Source of the DNA: a virus
DNA: 64,000 nucleotides
IMG/VR virus record: IMGVR_UViG_3300045988_149468
Location: 64,001 to 128,000 of that record
Reading direction: 5' to 3' (one strand)
Every line of letters starts with the position of its first letter. The stretch's first letter is position 1. The notes beneath the pieces were generated by a model. That model was not told where the DNA came from. It made no database searches and was given only the letters and a program-made list of their open reading frames with translations. Shown in pieces: positions 1 through 10,143 of this stretch. The position numbers were made by a program, and so were the translations under genes.

Positions 1-972
1 ACTACCCCAAATATAAATATAGAAAATAAAAAAATGTATATTTGCAATGAAAGTATAACCAATATATCGTTGATAACACCTGCTAATGTTGATGTCAACT
101 TTTCATCTAAATTGTATTTTTCTTCAGATTCGGATTTAACATTGGATAATGTATTATTTATGGGTGACCATTGTGAAAATGGAAAATTAAATATTAAAGA
201 AAATAACGAATATATTGTTGATTTTGTATATGCTACAAGATTCATAGGATTAGTTTCATCTTCAAATGTAATTGATGGTGATCCACCACAACCAAGCGAC
301 CCTGGTGAAGATGTTGAAAATAAATTGCACTCATTTAGTGGTGGTGCTGAATTGGTTAGAATAGCTAAAACATATTGGGAAAATAGAGCAAATTATATGA
401 CTTATGGTATGCAAAACATTTTAACTGATGGTGCTACATTAGGCTGGACAAAAGTTACAACTAAGGGTGCTGATAGCCCAGATGGTAGATATAGAAAATT
501 AGACTGCTCTGCTTTTGTTGGTTTGGCAATGAGAGGAATAGAATTTAGAGATGTATTTAAAGATAGTAATACATTTGCTAAGAAAGATTTATCTCCTCGA
601 AATTCTAAATATCCATGGGCAACTCAATTAAGCAGAACATCAGCTAATATGTGCAAGGATTGTGAAAACTTAGGTTGGGCAGTTCCACCAGATAATTGGC
701 ATACTGATTCAGCTAAAACTAATTGGTTGGGATTAGAGGTTGGAGATTTAATATTCCTTAAAGGTGATTCTGATAATGGCAGATACAAAGCTGTAAATCA
801 TGTATGCATTTATTATGGGGATAATAGTAAAGGAGAAAAATGTATAATTGAGTTTACAGGTGGTGCAACAGTTAAAAAACATTCCGATGGTAAAAATTAT
901 GGATGTCAAATAATACCATTAGCAAGAAAAAATAGAGCAAACATAGTAACTGTTGCTAGATGTCAAAAATAG
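1..972 (+). CDS. Tail/baseplate-associated NlpC/P60-type cell-wall peptidase (5'-partial)
   Basis: Frame is open from nt 1 (no stop before the listed ATG at 34), so the gene probably starts upstream of the window. C-terminal half has a papain-like Cys motif (KLDCSAFVGLAMRG) and a downstream His motif (AVNHVCIYYG), as in NlpC/P60 hydrolases. Lies directly before tail-fibre genes. Confidence 0.55.
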   Translation, partial: TTPNINIENKKMYICNESITNISLITPANVDVNFSSKLYFSSDSDLTLDNVLFMGDHCENGKLNIKENNEYIVDFVYATRFIGLVSSSNVIDGDPPQPSDPGEDVENKLHSFSGGAELVRIAKTYWENRANYMTYGMQNILTDGATLGWTKVTTKGADSPDGRYRKLDCSAFVGLAMRGIEFRDVFKDSNTFAKKDLSPRNSKYPWATQLSRTSANMCKDCENLGWAVPPDNWHTDSAKTNWLGLEVGDLIFLKGDSDNGRYKAVNHVCIYYGDNSKGEKCIIEFTGGATVKKHSDGKNYGCQIIPLARKNRANIVTVARCQK

Positions 973-986
973 TTAGAGGTGATTAT

Positions 987-1358
987 ATGGTGATTTTAAA
1001 TAAAGGGAAATATAATAAAAATCAATGGAATGAACCAATTGATTTAACCAAAGAAAAAATGGATAAAATTGAAAATGCTTTAAGTTATACTATAGATATG
1101 GATGTAAAATATAAAAAAATAACAAATGACATTTTTAATTTATCAACCGACAAATATCAATATTTAACAATAGATAAAGACTTAACTATTAATTTGCCGA
1201 TATTAGATTATGATATGATAACACATTTATTTCTAAATTGCGAACAAGAACTTAAAATCAAATTTATTTCTAGCGGAGATGAACGAGCTGTTTATCTCCC
1301 TATTAATTTATATGATATAGAACTGATATACATCGGTGAATGGATAGTTAAAATTTAG
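987..1358 (+). CDS. Hypothetical virion-module protein
   Basis: Listed ORF is 960..1358. The ATG at 987 preceded by AGAGGTGA is the likelier start. Translationally coupled to neighbours; no recognisable motif. Confidence 0.5.
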   Translation: MVILNKGKYNKNQWNEPIDLTKEKMDKIENALSYTIDMDVKYKKITNDIFNLSTDKYQYLTIDKDLTINLPILDYDMITHLFLNCEQELKIKFISSGDERAVYLPINLYDIELIYIGEWIVKI

Positions 1359-1369
1359 GAGGTGATATT

Positions 1370-4300
1370 TTGAGTAAAATACATATGTTAAATGGTAACA
1401 ATTCTAATTCTTTTACAGGCATTCCTTCACTACCTAATAATTTAGTTTTACAAACTATCACACAAGCTAAAGTAAATGAATGGAATAAAAAAATCGGAGA
1501 AAAAGAATTAAATTCTGCATTAGATTCTATCAATAATAAAATATCATCTATTAATAGAGATATACAAACATTAAATAGTGCAGATGAAGTTCATACTGCT
1601 GATATTAAAACTTTAAAAGCTAAATTAAATGAGTTAAATTTAGCTTTAGGAGATATAATTGATACCACATTTGAAAATAATAAGTATTTAAGTAATATAG
1701 CACAAAACATAGGTAAAATAAATGAATTTATCAATAGTGGATACACAGATGCTATAATAAATTTAAATAAGAGACTGGATGGCAAAGCTGATAGTTACAT
1801 TCAATCGACTCCACCACACCCAGAATACAGAAATGTAGCAGATAATAACAACTATAATGTATGGGTTGGAGATTTATGGAGAAATCCTAAAGAAAATAAA
1901 GATTATAAATATGTAAAAATTGAAATTAATCCTAATGCTTATAGTTATTACTGGGAAGAACAAACTGGTGCTATACCAGATGGATTATTTGACATGATAG
2001 ATGGAAAATCAAGTATATATTTTTCTAAACCTTCATCTTATAATGCTAGAGATTGTTGGATATTAGAGAGCGATGATGTACATCCACCTAACAAAATGGG
2101 TACTTTGTTATTCGCTAATGCAACTAGAAAAATGTATGTTGCTAGTGACTGGATTGATTTAATGCAATATGTCACTAAAAACGATTATGAGAATTATATT
2201 AAAAAGATAAATGACTTCATTAATAAAACATATAATAATGAAATTAAAAATCTTAATGATAAAATAGATGGAAAAGCTGATAGTTTTGTACAAGAAACAC
2301 CTCCACATCCCGAATATTTTGGAATAGAAGAAAAAACACAATATGACGGTTGGATAGGAGATTTATGGAGAAAGTCATCTACAGGAGCAGATTATAGATA
2401 TCTACGAAGACAACTTTCTAATGGTAATTATGATTACTACTGGGAGTTACAAACTACTTCAATACCAGATGATCTATTTGATAAAATAGATGGAAAAGCA
2501 TCAATTTATTTCACAAAACCAACATCTTATTCTAAACGAGATTGTTGGATTCTTGAAAACGATAGTGTTCATTACCCAAATAAAAAAGGAACAATTCTTT
2601 TTGCAAATAGATCAAATACAGTATATAATCCAGATGATTGGGTAGATTTATTATCTTATGTGACAGATGATGATTATGATGTTATAAAATCTAAACTTGA
2701 AAATTTTATTAATAATACTTATAACGATGAAATAAAGGATATAAATAATAAAATAGATGGAAAAGCTAATAGTTATGTGCAAGAATATCCACCACATGAT
2801 GAATATTTAAATGTTGAACAAACAAGCGAATATGACGGTTGGTTGGGTGATATTTGGAGAAAAATTTCAAGTGGTGAAGACTTTAAATATGTTAGAATTA
2901 AAAATGTAGATGGAACATACAGTTATCGCTGGGAAGCACAATCAGCATCTATACCTGATAGTTTGTTTGATTTGATAGATGGGAAAGCTACTATATTTTT
3001 TAGTAAACCAGACAGTTATTCAGCAAGAGATTGTTGGATATTAGAAAATGATACAGTGCATCCCCCAAATAAAAAGGGAACAATGTTATTCTCTATTAAA
3101 GATAATGACCATTATGATGCTACTGATTGGGTGGATTTAATATCTTATATAACTAGAGGAGAGTATGAGGATTATAAAAAAGAAGTAGAAAATTGGATTA
3201 ATAATACCTATACTGAAGAAATTAAAAATATAAACAGTAAAATTGATAATAAAGCCGATAGTTATGTGCAAGAAGATAAACCTCACCCAGAGTATAATAA
3301 TATAGCTGAAAATACCGAATATAATGGCTGGCTCGGTGATATTTGGAGAAAAATTTCAAGTGGAGCTGACTATAAATATTTAAGAAGTCAAAATAAAGAT
3401 GGTACATTTAATTATTATTGGGAATTACAAACAACAACTATCCCAGATGATATTTTTGATAAAATAGATGGTAAATCTTCAATTTATTTTAGTAAGCCCA
3501 CAAGCTATTCAATACATGACTGCTGGATACTTGAAAATGATAATGTTCACCCACCTCATAAAAAGGGAACTCTTTTATTTGCAAACAAATCAAATAGTGT
3601 ATATGATGCTGACGATTGGATTGATTTAGTTTCTTATGTAACCGAAGATAAGCATAACGAAATTGTTACTAGATTAAATGAATTTATTAATAATACTTAC
3701 ACAGATGAAATTAAAAGAATAAATAGTAAGATTGATAATAAAGCAAATTCTTATGTTCAAGAAGCTAGACCACATGAAGAATATTATAACGTAACACAAA
3801 ATATTACTTATGATGGTTGGTTGGGTGATATTTGGAGAAAAATTTCAAGTGGTGAAGACTTTAAATATGTTCGTGTACAAGGTACTTCATCTAATACTTA
3901 CACATATAGATGGGAAGCTCAATCTATGTCAGTTCCCGATAGTTTATATGACTTAATTGATGGTAAAGCTACAATTTATTTTAGTAGACCAGATAGCTAT
4001 TCGATAAGAGATTGTTGGATTCTTGAATCAGATGAAATACATCCACCTAATAAAAAAGGTGAAATGTTATTTGCAAAGAGTAGTAATACATCTTATAATT
4101 CAGCGGATTGGGTCGATTTATTAAGTTATATAGACAAAAGTCAACATGATGACTTAGTTAATAGAGTTAATACATTTATTAATAATACCTATACCAATGA
4201 TATTAAAGATATAAACAATAAAATAGATAATAAAGCTAATAGTTATGTTCAAGAAAACTCACCTCATGCTCAATACACTACTTCAAGTAAAGTGACAGAG

Positions 4301-6136
4301 TATGAAGGTTGGATAGGCGATATATGGAGAAAACCCTCAACTTCTGAAGATTATAAATATGTTAGAGTAGATAATCCAAATGGAAAATATACTTACAAAT
4401 GGGAATTACAAACTACTAAAATTCCAGATGAATTATATGATAAAATAGATGGTAAGGCTAGTATTTATTTTTCTAAACCGTCTAGTTATTTTGCACATGA
4501 TTGTTGGATATTAGAAAATGACACAGTATATCCACCATATTTGAAAGGGACTTTATTATTCTCTAATTATGATAATACAACATATGATGCTAGTGACTGG
4601 GTGGATTTAGTAAATTATATTAACAAAACAGACTATAATGAAGGAATCAATAATGTAACTAAAAAATATGAAGAATTGTCAGATAGATTTTCATGGCTTG
4701 TTACGAATGGTTCAAGTTCATCAAGCTTAATTATAACAGATAAATTAATACAAGCAATAGCAACAAGCAACATACAACTTTCAGCTAAAAAAATATTAAT
4801 CAACGGTCTTTTAGAAGGAGTAGGCTGGAGAGTTGATGAGGAAGGAAATTTTGTTGTTAATGATTTAAATATTGAAGGTACATTAACTTGTCAAAACTTC
4901 TCAACAGAAAATTTAGTCGGAGCAACTATAGGCAGGGTATTAGATAGTGATCAAGATTACTATGCTAGTTCATCTAACAGTATAACTGATATATTAGATG
5001 ATATACCTTATAACTTAAATGGTTATAAAGTTAATATATATGTTACTGAAAATTTAACGGAAGATATAACATTGAGAAAACATATAAATGGCTCAATTAA
5101 AATATTCATGTGTGGTTATCCATTATATGGTTATATTCATACAATGCACAACAATTCAATATATGAGATTTACGGTGGAAGTAGCGAAAGTGATTCAACT
5201 AAAGCTAAAATAATGCCTTACACTGGTTATGTTCTAAATTCTTATGTTTATACGATTCTATGCTCTTATTCCCCAAATATTTATTTGAAAAATTTAATAA
5301 TTTATGGTGATAAATCAAACACATCAAAAAATGTTGGTGTTGGTGGAACTCAAAAATCTGATATTATAATGAACAATGTATCATTTATAGGTTGTAAGAG
5401 CAACTGTAGAACATATTCATTAACTAGAGTTCATTGTGATGCATCAACAGGTAGAGCTAGTGGCGTAGGTTGGTATGCAGGTACAGGAAGTAGAATAAGT
5501 TTTGGTGCAGGAACTCAAGCTGGTGGTTCTACTGATAACACAGACACAGGTTCTAATGGTCAAGTATTATCTAGTGGTGTGACGTTTAGTTCATCTGCTG
5601 ATAGTGGTAGTAATAATAATACTGGTGGAACTAATAGTACTGTTAAAAGTGTCACTTATTATCCTAAGTACTCCGACAATTATCGTAGTACCCATTATTA
5701 CAGTTGGAGAAAAGATGGCGTTGCAAAACAAGGTAGATGGAGTAAAAATGGTGCAGAAAGTGGCAGTTGTAATGGATACTTCTTTTTTGGAAATCAATTC
5801 TCAGAACTTAAAGGATGTAATATAACCAAAGTTGTAATTACATTATCAAGAAAGTCTGGTGTAGGTAATTCAGCTAGTTGTAATCATCCTATTTATTATC
5901 ATACTTACAGTGGTAGACCAAGTTCTAACCCTTCAATGCAAAGTTGTAATGCAAGTGTCAATATGGCATGGGGAGAAACAGATTCAGCAACAATAACAAA
6001 TTCTAATGTTTTAACTGGTATAGCAAACGGCACAGTTAAAGGGTTCGGTATTAAGTCTACATATGATTCCTCACATTACAGTGGTATTAGTACTTGCAAA
6101 GTTCGAATTTATTATACTGGTGAAATAGAAGATTAG
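1370..6136 (+). CDS. Large tail fibre / receptor-binding protein with six tandem 163-aa repeats
   Basis: TTG start follows AGGAGGTGA; 1588 aa. Coiled-coil-like N-terminus, then six units (DGKADSYVQ..PPHPEY..GWxGDxWRK..DYKYxR..YxWExQ..IPDxLFDxIDGKxSIYFSKPxSY..DCWILExDxVHPPNKKGTLLF..DWxDLxxY), then a G/S/T/N-rich C-terminal domain. Located between a baseplate-like gene and the lysis cassette. Confidence 0.75.
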   Translation: MSKIHMLNGNNSNSFTGIPSLPNNLVLQTITQAKVNEWNKKIGEKELNSALDSINNKISSINRDIQTLNSADEVHTADIKTLKAKLNELNLALGDIIDTTFENNKYLSNIAQNIGKINEFINSGYTDAIINLNKRLDGKADSYIQSTPPHPEYRNVADNNNYNVWVGDLWRNPKENKDYKYVKIEINPNAYSYYWEEQTGAIPDGLFDMIDGKSSIYFSKPSSYNARDCWILESDDVHPPNKMGTLLFANATRKMYVASDWIDLMQYVTKNDYENYIKKINDFINKTYNNEIKNLNDKIDGKADSFVQETPPHPEYFGIEEKTQYDGWIGDLWRKSSTGADYRYLRRQLSNGNYDYYWELQTTSIPDDLFDKIDGKASIYFTKPTSYSKRDCWILENDSVHYPNKKGTILFANRSNTVYNPDDWVDLLSYVTDDDYDVIKSKLENFINNTYNDEIKDINNKIDGKANSYVQEYPPHDEYLNVEQTSEYDGWLGDIWRKISSGEDFKYVRIKNVDGTYSYRWEAQSASIPDSLFDLIDGKATIFFSKPDSYSARDCWILENDTVHPPNKKGTMLFSIKDNDHYDATDWVDLISYITRGEYEDYKKEVENWINNTYTEEIKNINSKIDNKADSYVQEDKPHPEYNNIAENTEYNGWLGDIWRKISSGADYKYLRSQNKDGTFNYYWELQTTTIPDDIFDKIDGKSSIYFSKPTSYSIHDCWILENDNVHPPHKKGTLLFANKSNSVYDADDWIDLVSYVTEDKHNEIVTRLNEFINNTYTDEIKRINSKIDNKANSYVQEARPHEEYYNVTQNITYDGWLGDIWRKISSGEDFKYVRVQGTSSNTYTYRWEAQSMSVPDSLYDLIDGKATIYFSRPDSYSIRDCWILESDEIHPPNKKGEMLFAKSSNTSYNSADWVDLLSYIDKSQHDDLVNRVNTFINNTYTNDIKDINNKIDNKANSYVQENSPHAQYTTSSKVTEYEGWIGDIWRKPSTSEDYKYVRVDNPNGKYTYKWELQTTKIPDELYDKIDGKASIYFSKPSSYFAHDCWILENDTVYPPYLKGTLLFSNYDNTTYDASDWVDLVNYINKTDYNEGINNVTKKYEELSDRFSWLVTNGSSSSSLIITDKLIQAIATSNIQLSAKKILINGLLEGVGWRVDEEGNFVVNDLNIEGTLTCQNFSTENLVGATIGRVLDSDQDYYASSSNSITDILDDIPYNLNGYKVNIYVTENLTEDITLRKHINGSIKIFMCGYPLYGYIHTMHNNSIYEIYGGSSESDSTKAKIMPYTGYVLNSYVYTILCSYSPNIYLKNLIIYGDKSNTSKNVGVGGTQKSDIIMNNVSFIGCKSNCRTYSLTRVHCDASTGRASGVGWYAGTGSRISFGAGTQAGGSTDNTDTGSNGQVLSSGVTFSSSADSGSNNNTGGTNSTVKSVTYYPKYSDNYRSTHYYSWRKDGVAKQGRWSKNGAESGSCNGYFFFGNQFSELKGCNITKVVITLSRKSGVGNSASCNHPIYYHTYSGRPSSNPSMQSCNASVNMAWGETDSATITNSNVLTGIANGTVKGFGIKSTYDSSHYSGISTCKVRIYYTGEIED
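1760..4640 (+). repeat. Six in-frame tandem repeats, period 489 nt (one 492), inside the tail-fibre gene
   Basis: The DGKAD/DNKA(D/N) codons recur at 1778, 2267, 2756, 3245, 3734 and 4226. Units alternate between two subtypes. A 57-nt block is identical at 2837-2893 and 3815-3871 (offset 978 nt, i.e. two units). Confidence 0.9.
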
Positions 6137-6150
6137 ATGGTGGTGATAAA

Positions 6151-6459
6151 ATGGGTGAAGAAATAATATTAATCGCAGAAATAACTACAGCGATAATCAC
6201 AATAGGTGGTGTTTTAGGAAGTGTATGGAAATTGTTTAAAAAAATAAATAATTTTCAAGAAACATTAAATTATAATACATTAGAAACATTAAAATTAATT
6301 ATAATTAATAAAAATATACCATTAGATGAAAGAGTATTAGCTGGACAAACATACATCAAACTTAATGGGAATGGTGCAATAAAAAGATTAGTTTTAGAAC
6401 TTGAAGAGCAATTAGCAAATCAATATGTTGGTGAAAATGATGAAGATCCTTATGAATAA
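6151..6459 (+). CDS. Small N-terminally membrane-anchored protein
   Basis: SD GGTGGTGA. One N-terminal hydrophobic helix (IILIAEITTAIITIGGVLGSVW) followed by a charged tail. Sits just upstream of the lysis genes. Confidence 0.45.
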   Translation: MGEEIILIAEITTAIITIGGVLGSVWKLFKKINNFQETLNYNTLETLKLIIINKNIPLDERVLAGQTYIKLNGNGAIKRLVLELEEQLANQYVGENDEDPYE

Positions 6460-6743
6460 TGGAGGTGGTTATATTGACAACTAAAAAAGTAAAAGGTAAG
6501 GTGGTATTAACAACAGTACCTAATCAAGAAATATTAGACGATGATAATGATATAACAACAGTAGTTGTATTAAATAATGTAACAATACAAAACATGAGTG
6601 AAATAGATGTTCATGTCAGAGTTAATCAAGGTGATGAAATATTAATACAAACAGATGAACAAATAAAAATAGTTGGTACTGGTGTTGATTCTATTATAGT
6701 AAAAGAAAAAAATAGCAAAGTTAGATATATAGGATTAAGTTAA
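6459..6743 (+). CDS. Hypothetical protein
   Basis: 94-aa ORF whose ATG overlaps the previous stop (TAATGG). No recognisable motif. Confidence 0.45.
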   Translation: MEVVILTTKKVKGKVVLTTVPNQEILDDDNDITTVVVLNNVTIQNMSEIDVHVRVNQGDEILIQTDEQIKIVGTGVDSIIVKEKNSKVRYIGLS

Positions 6744-6852
6744 TTATAAAATAAGTTAATGTATGAATTGTGCATTAACTTATTTTATTAAAAAATATAT
6801 AATCAATAAAATGGAAACTTAACAATACCATATGCATTAGGAGGTGTTTGGT

Positions 6853-7134
6853 GTGAGTAATAACAATGAAGTTTGGATTAAAAAGAAAAAACATAGTACT
6901 AGAAAATGGGTAATACCTCTAGTTATTGGATCAATATTTATATTTACAGCAATAGCAATATGGTTACAATATGCTACTAGCACAGAGTTATCTTCAACTT
7001 TAATAACTTGTTTTTATGGATTTTGTGGTGGTGAATTATGGTTATTAGCCTCTATTACAAAAACTAAAACAAAAAGTAACAATAGCGATGAAGAAGAAAA
7101 TAATAATAATGATGATTTAGAAGGAGAGGGATAA
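6853..7134 (+). CDS. Putative holin (two TM helices, acidic C-terminus)
   Basis: GTG at 6853 follows AGGAGGTG (listed ORF starts at 6844). Two hydrophobic helices, then a highly charged tail (NNSDEEENNNNDDLEGEG). Immediately upstream of the endolysin cluster. Confidence 0.45.
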   Translation: MSNNNEVWIKKKKHSTRKWVIPLVIGSIFIFTAIAIWLQYATSTELSSTLITCFYGFCGGELWLLASITKTKTKSNNSDEEENNNNDDLEGEG

Positions 7135-7136
7135 AA

Positions 7137-7472
7137 ATGGATATTGAAACTATTTTAATATTAATTGTTTTATTATTGGTTTTAATATTTTCAGTATATC
7201 AATTTGTAAAATTAGGCAAAGTAAAACAAATAGAAAATATAAAACAATGGTTAATATATGCTTGTCTTGAAGCTGAAAAAATATTAGGTAGTAAAACAGG
7301 GCAAGTGAAACTTAGATATGTATATGATTTATTTATAAGTAAATTTAAATTTGTATCTTATTTTATATCGTTTGAATTATTTAGTAAATGGGTAGACGAT
7401 TCATTAATAGAAATGAAAGATATGATAAATAACAATGATTCAATTAGAAAAATAGTAGAAGGTGATAAATAA
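7137..7472 (+). CDS. Putative holin-like membrane protein (N-terminal TM, LL-H-like layout)
   Basis: N-terminal TM (ILILIVLLLVLIFSVY) followed by an amphipathic soluble part. Its stop overlaps the endolysin start (TAATG). Confidence 0.4.
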   Translation: MDIETILILIVLLLVLIFSVYQFVKLGKVKQIENIKQWLIYACLEAEKILGSKTGQVKLRYVYDLFISKFKFVSYFISFELFSKWVDDSLIEMKDMINNNDSIRKIVEGDK

Positions 7473-8302
7473 TGACAGTAAATAAACCAGTTATTGTAGA
7501 AAAATGGCAAAAGAAAAATAAATATGGTAGACCAGGAACAAAATTAAATTATACAAAAGTGGCAATACATTACACAGGACAAGCAGATGTTAAAGGTATA
7601 AGTACAGTTAGCTATTTTAACAATGTAGTTGCAAATGGAACAAAAGTTAATGGTAAATACATATATGCTTCAGCACATTTTGTTATTGATTTAGACGGAA
7701 CAATATATCAATTAATACCTCTAAATGAAATGTGCTATTGTACAAATTCAGCTAATAGATATGCTATTGGAGTTGAAGTTGCAACAACAGGAAAAGATAA
7801 TCATTACACAGATGCAACTTATAAATCAATGGTGCATTTATGTGCTTGGTTATGTGATAGAAAAGGACTAAATTGTAAAAAAGATATAATAAGACATACA
7901 GATGTTGTAGGACGTGCTTACAAACTATGCCCTATTTACATGGTTTTAAATCCTAGAAAATACGAACAATTTAGATTAGATTGTTACAATTTAACAAAAG
8001 GTAAAATACAAGTTAAAGATATAGTTAACTGTACAAACGGTAAAGGTAAAATAACTCAAGTTCCTAATACTTCAATAGATAAAAACATCTCAACAAAACA
8101 ACAATTTATAAGAATATTACAAGATGTTAATGTCCATTCAACACCAGATTTCGATGCTAGTTCAATATGTGGTAAAGCCAAAAAAGGTGAGGCATTAACA
8201 ATAATTAAAAAAATTGAAAGAAAAGGAACGGATATGTATTATGTGAAAGCAGGATATTATATAACTGCATCAACAAAATATGTAGAAGTATTTGAAAGAT
8301 AG
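7472..8302 (+). CDS. Endolysin, N-acetylmuramoyl-L-alanine amidase (Amidase_2/PGRP type) with C-terminal binding domain
   Basis: Motifs VAIHYTGQ, ASAHFVIDLDGTIYQ, YAIGVEV and IIRHTDV....KLCP match the zinc-amidase fold. C-terminal ~90 aa is SH3-like. Confidence 0.75.
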   Translation: MTVNKPVIVEKWQKKNKYGRPGTKLNYTKVAIHYTGQADVKGISTVSYFNNVVANGTKVNGKYIYASAHFVIDLDGTIYQLIPLNEMCYCTNSANRYAIGVEVATTGKDNHYTDATYKSMVHLCAWLCDRKGLNCKKDIIRHTDVVGRAYKLCPIYMVLNPRKYEQFRLDCYNLTKGKIQVKDIVNCTNGKGKITQVPNTSIDKNISTKQQFIRILQDVNVHSTPDFDASSICGKAKKGEALTIIKKIERKGTDMYYVKAGYYITASTKYVEVFER

Positions 8303-8313
8303 AGGTGATTTAT

Positions 8314-9102
8314 ATGATTGGGATAACAACTGCTAATTTAAATGTAAGAACTGGTACTGACACAAATTATACTTCTATTGCAATATTACCTAAAGGTACA
8401 AAAGTTAATATATTAGAAGAAAATGTTAAAACAGGTTGGTACAAAATACAATTTGATGAGATTTATGCTTTTGTGTCAAGTAAATATGTTAAAATACAAT
8501 CTAATAAACCATCATCTAAAACACAAAGTAATAAAGAAGAATATAAAAATTGTATTAATGAACAAGGTATAAAAGACGGGCATAAATATGTTTACACATT
8601 AAAGAATTGTAAAATAACAGCATATGGATCTAATAGTTCTAGTGCTTGTAAAATACCATTACAACTTGGTCACACTTGCGGAACTTTCAATCTTCCTTAT
8701 AATACTAAAATATACATTCCTTCAATGAAAGGATTTAAATTTACAGATGGTAATGGTAAAACAGCAGTTTGTGATGGAGTATTTATTTGTAATGATACAG
8801 GTATAGGTTGTGCTGATTTTGACTTATACATGAGTACATACACCGACTATAACGCTGAAAGAAATCTTGGTTCTACAAAATATGAAGATGTATATATTTT
8901 AGAATATGGTAAAGGTTATGGTTATGCTTGGAGTTATACTCAATCATATGAATTTGCAGATAAAAATAATAGATTAGAATTATATAAAAAAGCATTTAAA
9001 GACTATATAAAAAATGGCGGGACATTAATTAACTTTTTGAAATTTAAAGATATTGATAAAAATATTAGAAAATCAACATATTGGAAGAAATTAAATAATT
9101 AA
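8314..9102 (+). CDS. Second cell-wall hydrolase: N-terminal SH3 domain + C-terminal 3D/RlpA-like domain
   Basis: ATG at 8314 follows AGAGGTGA. N-terminus (LNVRTGTDTNYTSIAILPKGTKVNILEE..GWYKIQ) is SH3b-like. The C-terminal part (KITAYGS....IYIP....CNDTGIGCADFDLYM) resembles 3D-domain/double-psi-barrel lytic enzymes. Confidence 0.5.
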   Translation: MIGITTANLNVRTGTDTNYTSIAILPKGTKVNILEENVKTGWYKIQFDEIYAFVSSKYVKIQSNKPSSKTQSNKEEYKNCINEQGIKDGHKYVYTLKNCKITAYGSNSSSACKIPLQLGHTCGTFNLPYNTKIYIPSMKGFKFTDGNGKTAVCDGVFICNDTGIGCADFDLYMSTYTDYNAERNLGSTKYEDVYILEYGKGYGYAWSYTQSYEFADKNNRLELYKKAFKDYIKNGGTLINFLKFKDIDKNIRKSTYWKKLNN

Positions 9103-9107
9103 TATAC

Positions 9108-9142
9108 AAAAAAGAGGACTCACATTAAGGGTTCTCTTTTTT
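9108..9142 (+). terminator. Rho-independent terminator after the lysis cassette
   Basis: Stem AAGAGGAC (9112-9119) pairs with GTTCTCTT (9131-9138), followed by a T-run. Confidence 0.6.
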
Positions 9143-9159
9143 ATGAGGGAGATGATAAT

Positions 9160-10143
9160 GTGAGTAATATTTATAATAAATATGATACAGCAGAAAAATA
9201 TAAAGAAGTAAATCAATATAATAAAGATTTATTAGATGAATTTATTTTAAATTTAAAAGCTGAAGGGAAAAAAGATGGAACAATTAGAATGTATAAAGCG
9301 AATATAAAAATTATGTTTGTTTATATATTAGAAGAATTAGGAAATAAACCTATTTCACAACTAAAGAAAAAGCAATTTAGAAATTATGTTTTATGGCTAC
9401 AACAAAAAGGATTAAGTGTAGCTAGGATCAATAATTTAAAATCAGCTTGTTCATCAATGTTATCCTTTGCTTGTGATGATGATGATTATGAAGAAGATAT
9501 TCCAGTTAATCAAATTAGAAAATTAAAACCTATTAGCAAAGAAGCACGAAGGGAAATTATATTTTTAACAGATGAACAAATAACAAAAATAAGAGATGAA
9601 TTAATAAAAAGAGAAAAATATCAAATAGCATTATTACTTTCATTAATGTATGATAGTGGTGCAAGAAGAAATGAATGTTATCAAATAATGAAAGATGACA
9701 TAGAAATAGATAAGCATATGACAAAAAGAAAAGTGACTGGGAAAAGAGGTAAAACATTTAATATATATTATCATGATTGGACTATTGAATGTTATAAAAT
9801 GTATATGTCAAGTAGAGGCGAGGATAATGTGAAAGAATTATGGGTAACTCAAACAGGTGAACCAGCATCATATGAAACCCTATATTCATGGATAATTTAT
9901 TGCAGAAACATACTTAAAGAACTTGAAGGGGAGGAAATACCTTTTAATCCTCATACATTTAGGCATTCTTTTGCAACTAATATGACAAATGGAACACATT
10001 ACTTATGTAGGCAATTAAATAAAAAGTTTTCATTAGAAGAAATTCAAATATTATTAAACCATAGTTCAATAGAAACAACAAACAGTTATATTAAAAGTAG
10101 AGATGAAGAAATTATAAATAATGCTTTCGGTTGGTCAAATTAA
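9160..10143 (+). CDS. Tyrosine recombinase / phage integrase family (recombinase 1)
   Basis: N-terminal SAM-like domain. C-terminal catalytic motifs: SGARRNE (Arg), HTFRHSFATNM (H-x-x-R), LLNHSSIETTNSYI (His...Tyr). Confidence 0.8.
   Translation: MSNIYNKYDTAEKYKEVNQYNKDLLDEFILNLKAEGKKDGTIRMYKANIKIMFVYILEELGNKPISQLKKKQFRNYVLWLQQKGLSVARINNLKSACSSMLSFACDDDDYEEDIPVNQIRKLKPISKEARREIIFLTDEQITKIRDELIKREKYQIALLLSLMYDSGARRNECYQIMKDDIEIDKHMTKRKVTGKRGKTFNIYYHDWTIECYKMYMSSRGEDNVKELWVTQTGEPASYETLYSWIIYCRNILKELEGEEIPFNPHTFRHSFATNMTNGTHYLCRQLNKKFSLEEIQILLNHSSIETTNSYIKSRDEEIINNAFGWSN

Noticed and set aside
960-986. Upstream ATG starts listed in the track for several genes: 960, 6844, 8305, 10271, 18217, 21601, 22828, 24561, 37897, 38766, 39822, 41248, 46441, 47648, 50086, 51149, 51946, 59019, 59542 and 63662.
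   Set aside because: In each case a downstream ATG/GTG with a properly spaced GGAGG-type SD exists. The longer form would overlap the upstream gene or read through the conserved leader. Shorter coordinates were used, with the uncertainty noted.
9160-10143. Calling recombinase 1 the prophage integrase, with attP assigned.
   Set aside because: The catalytic motifs support a tyrosine recombinase. Without host sequence or prophage junctions, integration cannot be separated from dimer resolution or inversion. The 10177-10198 palindrome is only a candidate site.
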